From Piromyces finnis finn (Eukaryota > Fungi > Neocallimastigomycota): a DNA stretch of 64,000 nt. A program made the translations under genes and the position numbers. Positions within the stretch are counted from its first letter, which is position 1. Every line of letters begins with the position of its first letter. Below, piece by piece: positions 33,357-47,300 of this stretch. The stretch covers positions 1 through 64,000 of the forward strand of contig MCFH01000033.1 in NCBI GenBank assembly GCA_002104945.1. Direction: 5' to 3'. The notes below the pieces were generated by a model. It searched no databases and was not told the DNA's origin. It saw only the letters and a list, made by a program, of their open reading frames with translations.

Positions 33357-36300
33357 TTTGAATTATTTTTATTTTTTATAATTTATTTTTATTTGAAGTT
33401 GTTTTATTTTATTTTATTTTATATGATTATTCCATTGATAAATTAAAATTTATTTCTATTTTATTATTTCAATGGTTTAATTTGTTTTTTTTTTATTATT
33501 TATTTTTATCTATTTATTTAAATAAAAATTGAAATAATATAATGAAATTTGTGAAATTATTATTTTCAAAGAAAAAAAAAAGGTACCTGAAATGCGTTGT
33601 TTTATATAGTTTTTTAAGAAATCAATTATAATAAAAAAATTTTTTTTTTTTTCAAGTATGAAACATAGAATCATCTATTAATATACTTTTAATATGCTTT
33701 TAATATATATAATATATATTAAATTAATATAAAAAAAATTATTTTAAAAATATATTAAGAATAATAATATTAAAAAACTTTTTCAACAACACACAAGGAC
33801 AAACAAGGACAAGATTTTTTTTTAGGTATGGAATGTCTTTAATAATTTAAATAATAAAATAAGATATAGATTGAAAGAATATTTAATAAAATAGTTTTAT
33901 TGTTAGATATCCTTATTTTTACATTGACCAATAATAATAGTAATATTATTATTGATAATTGGGTTGTAATCCTTTTGAATAAAAATAAAACAAAACTAAA
34001 TTTCTATTATGTTAACATATAAATCTTTTATATTTTGTCATAAAAATATTTTTCTTAAAATAAAGTATAAAAGATTTATATGTTAATACATGATTAAACT
34101 TTGATGTTTCTATAAAAATGTATTATTCATTCATTTCATTTATTTCTCCATATATAAGGTATAGAAATACTATCTATTATTGCGTTGTAATTTTAAATTG
34201 TTTAATGATTAATATAAATTTGGTATTAAAAATAAAAGTAAAATCATTCTCCAGTAAAGATTTTCATTTTAAGACTTTTAAATTTTGAAAATATTTTATT
34301 TTTTTTTAGCCATTCCTAGTCACTACAATTAAATATTGTAATTATTATTGAAAAAAATTAAAGCATACTTTAAAATTACTTTTTTTTTCCTTTTACCTCT
34401 ATTATATATTTATATAATATGAATATTAAAATTAGGATTAGAATTATATAATATTCCTTTTTTTACCATAAACTAAAAACACAAAATGGTAATGACGGCT
34501 GCCTTGAAAAACCAAAAAAAAAATTATAAAATTCACCAATAAAATTTAATATAAAAAGAAAATTATTTTAATTAAAGAACATGCTATTTCAAACTCTAAA
34601 TATTAATATTTTAGTTTAAAAAAAATTCATCCATTTAAATTTTAATTTATTTAAAATTTATGTGTAACTTGATTGTATCAAAATTAAAACATTCATAAAA
34701 TCTTTAATAGATTCAATTATAATCCAATATATTTGGTATTTATCATCAATTCTATAAAGTTTTTTTTCAAGGTAGAGGCATTCACTTTTTTTATAATAAA
34801 GGCCTGAAAGAATAACTAAAATAATATTATTAAATAGTAATAAAAGTGTATATTAAAGGTTATAGTAATAATTTAATAATTTAAAACTTATAATTAAATA
34901 AAAAAGTAATACTATATCTCATTTAATATATAAAAGATTTATACCTTCATGAATAATGTATTTAAATCATTTTGTTTTTAATTTAATGTTGAAAAAAATA
35001 TTAGTGTTTTATAAATAAAAAATTTATAAAAAAATAATTGTAATGTATACATATATATACATAATTAAATAAAATTGTAATAAATACTATTAATAGGGCA
35101 GGTGTAACAATGTTTCCAATTTATTATTTAATTAGGAAAATATTAATAAATTATTTTATTTCTTTATATATTTCTTTTTAATAAAAGTTTATAAAGTATT
35201 CGTCTTTAAATCTAGAATATCTAGAATATTATTCTACAGTCCATAGGTTGATTTATATACTAATTTCATAATAAAGATTTATTCAACAAAATTTTTATTC
35301 TATTTTCTTATTTTATCATTTTAAAAAGTTTTATATCAGAATTGAAATAATATATTTTTTTAACATTTTCTAATTTTTATTAAAAATTAGTCATTCAATG
35401 AAAATTACAATTCTTTCTTTGTAAACAAGTTTAAATTTTTCATATAAAATGATAAACTTTTTTTGACAGTAATTTATATATTATTTTGGTATTCTTTTCT
35501 CTTTTTTCTTTTTTTTTTTAAAAAAAAAATATTCCAAGGAATTCATAAATTTATTTATTATTTTTATATTAAAAAAAAAAAGTTTAATTTATTTGTAAAT
35601 TTAATTTATTAGTAAATCTAAAAAGTTGATTAATTATTAAAACTTTATTTCATTTATTTTTTTGGGAAACAATTTATTTTTCTGCATAAAACTTAACAAT
35701 AATTTTAAGAAATAAATAAAAATTTATTTTAATATTAAAGTTGGGGCAAATAATATTTTTAATATATTTTAATGATAAATTTATGTTTAAAATTAATAAA
35801 ATTATGTATTATTAATTCTTATATAATTAATTTATTATAGAATTTCAAGATATATTAAAATCTATTCTTCTTCTTCTGCTTATTTTTATTTGTGAAAAGT
35901 AATCAATTAAAACACAAAATAATATTTATTAAAGTTTATTAAATAATATGGATGGAATGAATGCTGCATTAAATGTAACTTTTTTATGATTTGCTAGTTT
36001 AATAAAAATTCTTGGAAAAAGAATTGTGTAACCATGTTTTTAATTAATAGGCAATTAATTTTTTTTCTAGTTTCAACTTGTTATCATCAATAAAATAAAA
36101 GGTTTAAAAAAAAAAAAAAACTTGGTTAGTTGGATTGTTATTGATTATTTTATTAATTATACGAAAATTTTAGATGATTTATAGAATAAATAAAAAGAGA
36201 AATGTATATGTATGTAATAATTAATAATTTAAAAAAAATCTATATAGAATAAAAATAATAAATAAAAAATACCATCAATAACATTTAAAAAAAGATTGAC

Positions 36301-36778
36301 TTAACTTTTTTTTTTACTTAACAATAAAATTTCTTTTTTTTTTTTTTACTTGTTAATATAAAAAAAAAAAAATTAAAATTGTTACACAGAATTAAATTAA
36401 AAGACTTTTTCTATAATTAAAATATTAATTTATTTAAATTTAATTTATAATATATTGAAAATCATTATTTTTTATATTCATTCAATATATAATACATATA
36501 TTAATTATATATATATTTTCTTTGTTTTTTTAAAACTATAAAAATTTAAAATTTTCTTCTTTTTCTATAAGTATTTCCAATAATTCATCCTTAACTTTCA
36601 TAATAATTTTATTATTTCAATTTTCCATAAAAAAATAAAAAAAATCAAAGTAAACCATTGAAATAATAAAACAGAAATAAATTTTAATTTATCAATGGAA
36701 TAATCATATAAAATAAAATAAAATAAAATAAAACAACTTCAAATAAAAATAAATTATAAAAAATAAAAATAATTCAAA

Positions 36779-38739
36779 ATGAAATTCAACAAACAATTAA
36801 TAAATACTTTATTAACTATATTCTTATTCAATTCAGTAAATGCTGAAAATCAAGGAGAAGAACTTATTTTAACTCCAGGTCCAATCTCTGGTAAATATGA
36901 TTCTATTGATTTAGAAGAATTATATGACGAAAAGAGTATTGGAATTCACTGTAACGGAAACTCTTGTATTTCAACTGGTTCAAGTGTTTTAGTCGAAGAA
37001 GGAAAGGTTACCATTACTAATGCTGGTACTTATATCTTCGATGGTGATTTAAAGGGTCAACTTAATGTCAAGGCTAAAAAGAATGATTTTGTTCACCTTG
37101 TCTTAAGAAACGCTACTATCAGTAGTGATAATGGACCAGCCTTTTACGGTGAAAAGGCAAAGAAAATTATTATTACCACTGAAGGTGAAAACGTTTTCAA
37201 TGATTCAACCAATTACCCAGCAGTTGCTGTTTCTGAAGATGCTGCTGAAGACGAAACCAAGTCACCAAATGCTTGTATATATGTCAATGACAATCTTACT
37301 TTCAATGGTAAGGGTTCACTTTCTGTTGATGGTAAATTCGATGAAGCCATCAGATCTAAGAAAGCTATCAAGTTTGTGTCTGGTAAGATAGATGTTAATG
37401 CCAAGGGAAAAGGTATTAAGGCTAAGAATTCTATTTCTATTAAGGAAGCCGATATTAATGTTAAAGCCGGAAACTCTGGTATTAAGGTCACCAAGGATGA
37501 TGATCCAGAAAAGGGATTCATTGTTATTGATGGTGGTAAGGTAGTTGTCAAATGTGACAATGATGGTATTCATGCAGAAACTCACTTATCTATCAATGGT
37601 GGTTACATTGAAGTTAAGGAATGTGCCGAAGGTATTGAAGGTCAAATGATTGATATTACAGATGGAGATATTGTTCTTGAAACTACAGATGATGGTATTA
37701 ATGCTTCTAAAATTCCAACTGGTGGAAAAAAAAGGTTGTTCGTCGTGATATTGATGACAATGACTCTGATGAAGAAGAAGCTGCTGATGTTGGTAGTTCA
37801 GTTGAAGTTGCCGAAGAAGAAGATTCTAATGATGAAGAAGAAATTACTGTTACTGAATATTACACTACAACTATTGCTGTTGAAGAAGAACCAACCCAAA
37901 CCGAAAATACTGAACCAGCTCCAATTGATCCATTTAAGGATCCAAATGGTCCACCATCAGATGATGATCCATTCAAAGATCCAAAGGGTCCACCAGTTAA
38001 ATCTCGTAAGAATGATAAACAAGTTTACATCAGAGTCACTGGTGGTAAACTTCGTCTTTACGTAGATGGTTTTAACACTGATGGTCTTGATGCTAACGGT
38101 TCTCTTTACATCGGTGGTAATGCTCAAATTTACATTGATAATGCTGAAGGTGATATCTTTGGTAACATGTGTGCTTTAGATTCTGATGGTTCAAACACTA
38201 TTGATAATGGTGCAACAGTCATTGTTGCTGCTGCTGGCTTAGATACCCCAAAGCCACCAAGAGAAATGACTATTAAAGATATTAAGAAAATGTTCAAGGA
38301 TAAAACTGATTAAGAACTCGAAGAATTACTTAAGATGTTTAATGGTAGTGGTCCAGCCGGTCCAGTTCCAGAAGGTCCAGCTCCAGAAGGTCCAATTCCA
38401 GAAGGTCCAGTTCCAGAAGAACAACCAAAAGAGGAAACTGTTTCTCTTGAACAACAAGAAATTCAAAAGAAACCAGAAGATAATTCATACATTAAGCAAC
38501 CATACTTACGTACTCTTTTTAATTATGAAAAAGAAATTGGTGATGAAATTGTTGTTAAGGATAGCAAGGGTGAAATTATTCATACCTACAAGCCAAGAAC
38601 TAAATTCACTGAAGTTCTTGTTACCTCTCCAAAGATTATTGAAGGTGAAACCTATTCTGTTATTTACGGTGATCATATCAGAACACTTGAAGCTAAAGTT
38701 GATTATGAAGAACCAGTATACCCAGATGATGAAATTTAA
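36779..38739 (+). pseudogene. DUF4353-like copy B, disrupted
   Basis: N-terminal protein identical to copy A up to GGKK. It has 8 vs 9 A at 37726-37733 (frameshift) and GAA to TAA at 38311-38313. Confidence 0.8.
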
Positions 38740-39497
38740 AAAAAAGAAAAATTTTTAAAAAAAAATTAATATTTTAATTTTATATTTTGTAATAGATGAT
38801 AAAGAAGAAAATGAGAAAACCAAGGTATAAAATTTAAATATTAAAATAGAAATAAACATAGAAAATGAAAGAATAAACTTTCAAAAATAAAAATTATATA
38901 AATAAAAATAAAATAGAAAAAATAAAATAGAAGAAAGGAAAGGGGGAAATATCCTTTTTTTTTAAAAAAAAAAAAAAATAAAAATAAAAAAAGAAATAAT
39001 ATAACTTAATACAAAAAAAAAAAAGGTTTAAATTTTATTTGTATAATAGAATTTTTAATAATTAAAAATTAAAAATATTTAATAAAAAAATTAAAAAAAA
39101 AGTTCATTAATTTTATTATTTGATGATCGATTTGGGTATAAAAAAAGAGTCTTTTAAGTATTATAAAATATTTATATAATAATAATTTTGTTATTCACTA
39201 TTGAAAAAGATATTTATTTTTTAATTTATAATTTTATTTCTATTTATGAATTTTAAATTTATATTTTATGAAATTTATATAAAAAAAAGGATAAATTATA
39301 TGTTATATTTTACATTAAAAAAAAAAAAAAAAAATCGAATTAGTATTTTAAAAAAAAAAGCTTTATTTTTTTTTTTTTAATTTCATTTCATTTTTTTTTT
39401 CGGCATGATACTATGAATTGTCTTCATTTATAAAATTTATCAATATCAATTGATATACTAAAAAAAAAAAAAAAAAAAAAGGAAGAAAAGAGAAATT

Positions 39498-42400
39498 TTA
39501 ACAGGTCTGAATACCACACCATTGATTATTTTCTAATCCCCATGGTCCACTTTCATCGGTGTAGATGATATCTTGATGATGACAACATGGATAGCCTAAG
39601 GATTCTGACCAACAAGAACAAGTTGATACTGAACTTTTAATAATACACCAATCATTGTTTTCAACTCCCCAATTAACATCATCGGTGTAAACAATGGTGG
39701 TGGTGGTCTTACAATATGAATAACCATTGACTTGATCCTGATCCTGATTTTGATTTTCATAACAGGCGTAGGATATACTACACCAGGCATTATTTTCAAC
39801 ACCATAGTCTCCATAGGAATCACTTTCAATAATAGTACAATATTTACAACATGGATAACCTAGTTTTTTTTCTTCACTAAAACAAGAATAGGTAGTGGTA
39901 TGGGTTGGTTGGGCCTGAACTGTGGTGGTGGTCTTTTTTGAGGTGGTAGGTATTGTGGTGGTCATTGTTTTCTTTATGGTAGTGGTGGTGGAAGGCTTAA
40001 CAGCATAATTTAAAGGAGCAATTCCGTTTGATGGATAGGCAGAAAGAAGAGCATTATATTGAGAACTATTAATTGGAATGACATAACCATGACGTGGAGT
40101 AAAATTAAAACTATAACTGTTACGATTGACAGTTTTAAAGTTTACAAGATCAGTGGTTTCTTGCATAACATAATAGCCATTACCATAGGCATCAGACATC
40201 ATAAGCCATTTATTGGTACCTTGAAGTTGATAAATATTAGGTCCTTCAACACCAATATTTCCTTCAGAAACTTGTTTTATTTCACTGTATGGACCACTTG
40301 CGTGACTAGCGGTAGCTAAATAAATACGTTTGTTGGTTTCATTTTTATAATACATGTAATATTTATTGTTTTGGAAAATAATATCGGAATCAATGGCATC
40401 ATTACCGTTACTTGGAGCAAATAACAATTGTGGGGCTGTATCTAATTTTTGCATATTCTTACTGTAGGCATAGTACATAATGGTTCGGTTATCACGACCA
40501 GGGACTCGGGCAGCAAAATAAATCATGTAGGAATCTTTTTCAGGATCATAGATGGCTTGAGGAGCCCAGGCACGATCAGCTCCTTGCATTAAAGGATACT
40601 TATTAGCAATTTCTATACTACTTTCATTCGTCCAATGAATAAGATCAGAGGATTTTGCACTTAAAATATTACGATTACTATTCCAACCTAAAGCAGATTT
40701 CATATCTGTTGCTAATAAATAGTAATATCCATCCTTTCCTTTAAAAATATATGGATCACGTAAACATCCAGTACCTACACTTGATTTCCATACTTCCTTT
40801 CCATTATTAAGAGCTTTAAAATGATAACCATCTGTACTAACAGCATAGGATAATCTTTCTTGTTCTGGTGCATTACCAAGGAAATAAGTAAATAAATAGG
40901 CTCCACCAGAATTAGTGTTTGAACTGCTACCGGTATTTAAAATGTAGAATTTTTGACCATCGCCACCCCAATAATCCCATTGATCAATGTTTGCTCCGTT
41001 ATCATAGCTAATATCATAAACATCAAGAGCAGCATTACCTGAACATTCTGCTGTAATGTAGTAGGCTCCTTCTACTTCATGTAAAATAAAACGTTGATCA
41101 GCTGTATTCTTGTATTCCGAAAGATAGATATTGTTACCATTTTTAGAATTTCCGTTTTCTACTGTCATGGCTAATTTATGGTTTTGTCCTGAAAGAATGG
41201 CAAACTTTCCATTGCCAGCACTTTCAAAGCGCCACACTTGTGAATTATCACTTAAATTTTCCCATTGGTGAACATTACCATTAGATGCAGCGGTAATGTA
41301 TTTTCCACTGAGAACAACCATAATAGCATAATCCTTTCCACTAACAACTTCAGCATTTCCAGCTCTACGTACAAGAGATCTTTTCTTAATATTACCAGAT
41401 GGTACGACATTTGAATCTGATAGGTTGAATCCATTTTGAGAAAGAAAAGCTAAAAGACCTTGGAAAGCGGCATTATTCTCAAAAGCAACAACATTGGTCT
41501 CTTTATCCTTGAAATCTGTAAGGGCACCATAGAAAAGATGTTCATTTTCATCATTAGATCCAAAAGTATTGAGTTTTTGATAAACTTTTGATGATCTAGT
41601 ATTAGCTCCAACAACAAAATCAATCTTTTCTGGATTATCACCAAGCATATAATCAATTTGTTTCTTGACAAAATTCATATACTGTTGACGTTTTGAATCC
41701 TTTTCTTTCATTAAAGATGTCATCATGGCTACTGTAAAAGCAGCATTAGAAGCATATTTATTAGCACCTTCTTGTGATAATTGTTCATCATACCATAAAT
41801 CACCTGAAGTAGTTGGATGATTTACCATGAAATCACTATGGGTTAAAGCTTCTTCAAAATATCTCTTTTCGCCTGTAGTTATAGCCATCAAAACATAGGA
41901 AGAAGCCTTTTTATCATAATAAGAAATTGGATTCTTTGAACCAAGGAATTTATTAGGATTACTTTCATCATATGGGTAATCCCAAATTTCATCAATGTCT
42001 TTCTTATAAACCTTTTCACCTGTTGCTTTATATAACCATGCAGCACTCCAAGCTAATTCATCAATAAAACCATTTCTTGAGGGATAATGTAATTTTGCAT
42101 CAGGAATGGAAACATCGTAATCGCCTCTATATTTATTGGCAAATTCGTAAAGTTCTTTACCATGTTGTAATAAATGATCAGCATAAATTGGATATTCATC
42201 TTTAAATACAAGAGAAGCAGCAACCTAAATATAATATTATATATATATTTAAATTTAAAAAATATTATTTTTATTAAATTTATAAAAAAATAAAAAAAAT
42301 ATTATATAATAACAATTAATAATAGTAATATATTTGTTCTTTGAAAAAAAAATAATTTTATTTTGATGTATAAAAAAAATATTTACTAAGGCAGCAGAAG

Positions 42401-43695
42401 TTTCGGCAGCAAGATCGGAACCTGGAGCAGATTCTGTAATTTTATAAGATGGATTATTCCAAGAATTATCATTTCCAACTTGACCATCTGTTATTTTTTT
42501 TATTTTTTATCAAATATACCAATTTATAAATTATAAATTTTTTAATTATAATTAAAGTATATATTATTATAAACTTACACAAAACATATTTATCAGTATG
42601 ACATTTAATAAGATAATCTGTTCCCCATTGAAGTAATTCTTTCATATCGTCCCATTGACCAGCTTTTTTATATCCATCCTTCCATTCTAAAGCACCCCAA
42701 GCTAAAACTGTGATAAAAAAAAAAAAAGTCGATTAAATGTTATTAAGTTAATCCCAAAATAATAAAATTATTTTAAACAATGGGTTTATGTTAAATATTT
42801 ACGAGTAAGGGAGCTAGCCTGTGGAAAATTAAATTTCACATTATTATTTCCATTATCTTAAAAAAATTTTTTATTATTTTTATCAATATTAATAATAATC
42901 TTTTATAATTTATTAATATATAAAAATTATATATTTAAAAATAATAATAACTCACAGTCTAAATATATATAATAAAATAATAAATATTAGTTTTTAATTT
43001 TTATAATATTCAATATTAATTTTTTTTTTTTTTTTAAATAAAACTATATCAATATATTTACTTACAACCACCAGTTAAATCAACTTTAATATCATCTGTA
43101 CTATCTATATCCTGATGCCATAAAATATCATTGTTAACGGGTAATATACCAGATCTTTGAGCTATCATAAAAAAAAATTATATTTTATAAAAGATTTTTA
43201 AAAATTAGGATTTTCAATTAAATTAATTATTTCACTTATAATATATTCAACACACTAAATTAAAAAAAAAAAAAACTTTAATGTTTAAATTCATCAACTT
43301 TATATATATTGTTATTAATATATTGAATTTTTTAAGAATTTGTTTCCTATATAGATTGAAATTCGATCTTAATTTTTAATGAAATTTTAATTTCATTTCA
43401 AAATTTTATTCTATTTTTTTTTTTAAAAAAAAAAAAAAATAAATGAAAATGAATGAATTATTGAAATATATTATTTCCTATCTCTCGTTTTTGGTTATTT
43501 ATATATACATTCGAGTTTTCTTTAAAAAATTTCATTTTGATTATATGGATTATTATATATATATATTATATTTTCAATAATACCTCTATAAAATTGAATA
43601 GAAAGTTCAAGATGATGAGCATAATCTTTAGATGCAGCTTTAATTAAAGCTGGTCCACAAATAAAAATTGTTGATATGATTTTACTAATTTTCAT
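39498..43695 (-). CDS. Modular cellulosomal protein: signal peptide, degenerate GH9, ricin-B lectin, GH43, Thr linker, three fungal dockerin repeats (middle one degenerate); predicted 1073 aa
   Basis: Exons 43695-43584, 43161-43066, 42958-42956, 42856-42803, 42707-42579, 42487-42387, 42224-39498, all GT-AG, total 3222 nt and in frame. GH9 motifs AQRSG, DLTGG, VKFNFP, LAWG, PGSDLA, DELAW; GH43 LRDP, AIDS, VEGP; dockerins GYPCC..WGxEN..WC. Confidence 0.88.
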
Positions 43696-46565
43696 TTTTT
43701 TTTTTTTAATAACTTTTACAAATATAATTTAATACTAATTATATATATATTTATTTCTTGAATTATTTATTATAATTCTACGGTCATTGTATATAAAAAC
43801 AACAATAATTACAAAAAATATTTATTTACAAAATATAAAAATGAAAATATTTTTATTTTTATATTCTATTTTTTTCCTATAATAATGAAAAAAAAAAGTT
43901 TAACTATTGTTGATTTATAATTCTTTTTTTTTTCTTCTTTACTATATCAATACTTTTAAAAAATCAAAAAATAAAGATTTTTTATTAAAAGCATGGAGTT
44001 GTTTAATTTATTTTTTTAATATAAAATTTATAAATTTTAAAAATATAATTTTATGATTCATTTCTATTAAATATAATAAATAAAATTATTCAATTTATTA
44101 TTTATTAAAGTTTATCTTTTATATTTGGTAAAGGAAAATAATTTCAAAAATATTAATAATTAAAGTTTATATTTTATATTCATATCACATAACAAAAAAG
44201 TTGATGATGATTCACAAATAAAAAATTAATTATTTTTATATCTAAATACATTTATTAATATATATTTAATTTATATATCAATTTATTGTAATACTATTGT
44301 TTAATTTTTTATCCATAATTAAATTAATTAATTATTGGATAAAAACTTTAATTAATAATAAATTAGCCTTTGAGATATAAATTTAATTTATTATAAAAAT
44401 AAAAAAAACCTTTGATCTCTTCCTATTTTATAATAATATATAATTAGAATATATTACAATTAATTTGAATTCAAATAAAGAATGGAAAATGGGATAAATT
44501 TATAATCATCATAAAATTTAATAATTAAAAGATTATTTAATTATAAAATTATACAAAAAAAAAAAAGAGACAGAAGGAAAAAAAAAAAAAAAAAAAGAAA
44601 AGACTAATAAATAAAGATAAAAATACTAAACTTTTATCTATTTAAATATGCAGATATTCTATATTCTTTTTAATTTTTAAAAAAATTAAAGACATAATAC
44701 TGCACATTAATTGTATTCTTAATACCAATAAACTAGAATGAAAATGAAATAAAAACTTTTATAAGTCTGATAATCTATATCATGATTAAATAATAATAAA
44801 CTTGAAATATTCAAAAATAATTATTTTCTAACAAAATAAAAAAGTGAATTAACGTTCATTTATTTAAATATTTTTAAAATTTATTTATCCACTGTAGTTT
44901 TTAATAACTAATTATTGTAAAGTATAAATTAAGAATTTTATATAATAGAAAAGTATTTCCATTCAAGAGAAAGCGTATCTATAACTATTATACTTTTTAC
45001 AAAGATTATTTTAAAAAACAAAGTTTCTTAATCAAGTATGCCTAATAATGAAATAGAATATGAAAAAAATAAAATATAAAAATTATGAATCTTTTATAGA
45101 AAAAAGTTTTTAAATGAAATGATTAAAAGTTCAAATAACCCTTATTCATATTTTCTAGTAGATACTTAATAAAAAATAAGAATATTTAGATTATTTATAT
45201 TTATAGATTAATATAATCAATATGTTTGTGAAATAATTATTTTTTTTTTATTTAAACGTTATTAGAAAATTTATTCTTTTTTTTCTTTTCTTTTTTTTTT
45301 TAAGTAGATATCAACATAATGAATTTTAAATATAAAAACATTAATGGTTAAATTATGAATATAGATTGAATTTTTTCTTCGTCTTTATCTTTTCGATTTT
45401 GACGCTCTTAGAGACGGTTAGTCTAATACTGTATCTAAGATACTTTTTCAAATCGGTCATTGAGTATAGGTCACAAATTACAATTACAATCAGAATGGCA
45501 TTAGTAGAGAATTTGATACAACATTAGAGTACAAGTATATTATACTAATAAATATATCTATTTAAAAAAATATTGTTTTTTTGAAATATATATATTTATA
45601 AATAACTTAAAAAATATTGAAAAAGATAATGAATCTACAATTATTCATTCTTTATAGAAACATATAGTATTTGTCTGGATATGAATTAGTTTTTATAATG
45701 GAATTCATACTAAATTATAGATTGTTGTATTTCTTTTAAATTTTTCATTATTATAATGGTAATAAGAAAAAGATTAAAATCAATTTCATAAGAAAGGATA
45801 GAGAAGTTATTACAATATGAGGGATTAAATATTTCTAAAATAAAATATATTAAAATGTATTTTTTTAATATAAAAAAGATACCTTATTTTTAAATATATT
45901 TCCATATAGTAAAAATTTTTTTTTTTACTATTTTCTATTATTAAATAATATTAATAATCAATTTCTAATAGATTAGGAATTTCATAAAGTCACTAGCTAA
46001 CATTACCTATAAACTTAACAATAACATATTTACTTTTCCATTTTAGTTAATATACTCTTTCTATTTTAATAAAAACAAAATATAATAAATTTCTTATTAT
46101 TCATATTTACTTAAATTCACAACAGTTCTAAAAATATAAAAAATTTATTAGTAATGTAAAAATAATATGTGACTTGAACCTATTATTATATTAGTCAATT
46201 TTTCTTAATATTAAATTTATATAGTTTTATTATAATATTACCTATTTCTATAATGTATATAATGTATAAGAATGTAATGTAAATGCATTATTAATGTAAG
46301 AACTTGTAATGTAAAAGAATAATGTAGATGTATAATCCATATAATTCTGGTCTTATAATTAATTATTAAATAAGCCTCTTTTATATAAATAGATTAGTAT
46401 AATTACTATTAAAAAAGGGCTTCTTGTTTTAGTTAACAACGACAGAATTGACGTTTTAGTATTTAGTTAGAATAGAAATATTGGAACGTAAGAAATAAAG
46501 TTATTAATAAAACATATATTATTTAAAGTTTAATTCTTTCTACATAAAATAATCTGTATCATTAG

Positions 46566-47050
46566 AATGATCTTGTGGCTAAACATCATTTTTATATAAT
46601 TGATCATGTGTTATTTATGTAATATTTAATTATTCTAAGATTCTTAATTAAATTTCAAAAGTAAATTAATTTACTTTTATTTGACAAATAAATTATTTTG
46701 TGTAACAAATGTTTGATACAATCTAATTTTGTATATAAATTAATATCAACTTTATTTTTTTTTGAAAATAAATCATGATTTTTCTTTTTTTCTTTTTTTT
46801 ATTTTATAATATTATTATAAGTACTTGTTTTTTTTTATTTTACAGTAATTATTTTTATTATGGATATAGTAACTAATGGAATAATAATAATTGTTCTTTT
46901 TGTTAATAATATAATAAATCTACATCAAATAAAATAGAAAAAAATAAAAGTTATAATAAAATAAAACTAATAATAAATAAACGAATAAAATAAATAAAAA
47001 AAAATAAAGTTATTAATTAATTATTAAAAATATTAATAATTTAAGTTTTA
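46566..47050 (+). repeat. ~490-bp near-identical copy of the upstream region at 48569-49080
   Basis: ATGATC(T/C)TGTGGCTAAA...AATATTAATAATTTAAGTTTT is present twice. Confidence 0.92.
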
Positions 47051-47134
47051 TAATGTATAGTTTTTTTATTGAAAATAAAAGATATAAATGATTAAAAGAT
47101 TTATAATAATCAAAATAAAAATATAGATTTTATT

Positions 47135-47300
47135 TTTTGTTAGTTGTTGGATTGGTGTTGCTGAATACATTGTCATGGTTCAAAGTCTAGAATGTCATAC
47201 TCCATCACAAAATAGTACTAACAGTAATAATGGTAGCGTTAAGTCAGTTCATTAACTCACTCAGCTATAACTGCTTTTGCCTTAGTTGTTAGTATAAATG
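47135..47300 (+). pseudogene. Internally deleted relic of the 49263-49940 gene
   Basis: Signal-peptide segment (GTTGCTGAAT..GTCATGG.TCAAA) is joined to the C-terminal segment (ACTCAGCTAT.ACTGCTTTTGCCTTAG), followed by a homologous 3' flank. Confidence 0.75.

Larger units (their letters stand above)
30613..39045. repeat. Large inverted duplication: arms 30613-33480 and 36651-39045, spacer about 3.2 kb
   Basis: Coding ends and about 130 bp upstream / 300 bp downstream are reverse-complement near-identical. Confidence 0.92.

Noticed and set aside
35096-35120. TGTAACAATGTT resembling an LTR terminus
   Set aside because: Similarity to E1's LTR end stops after about 12 nt; no solo LTR.
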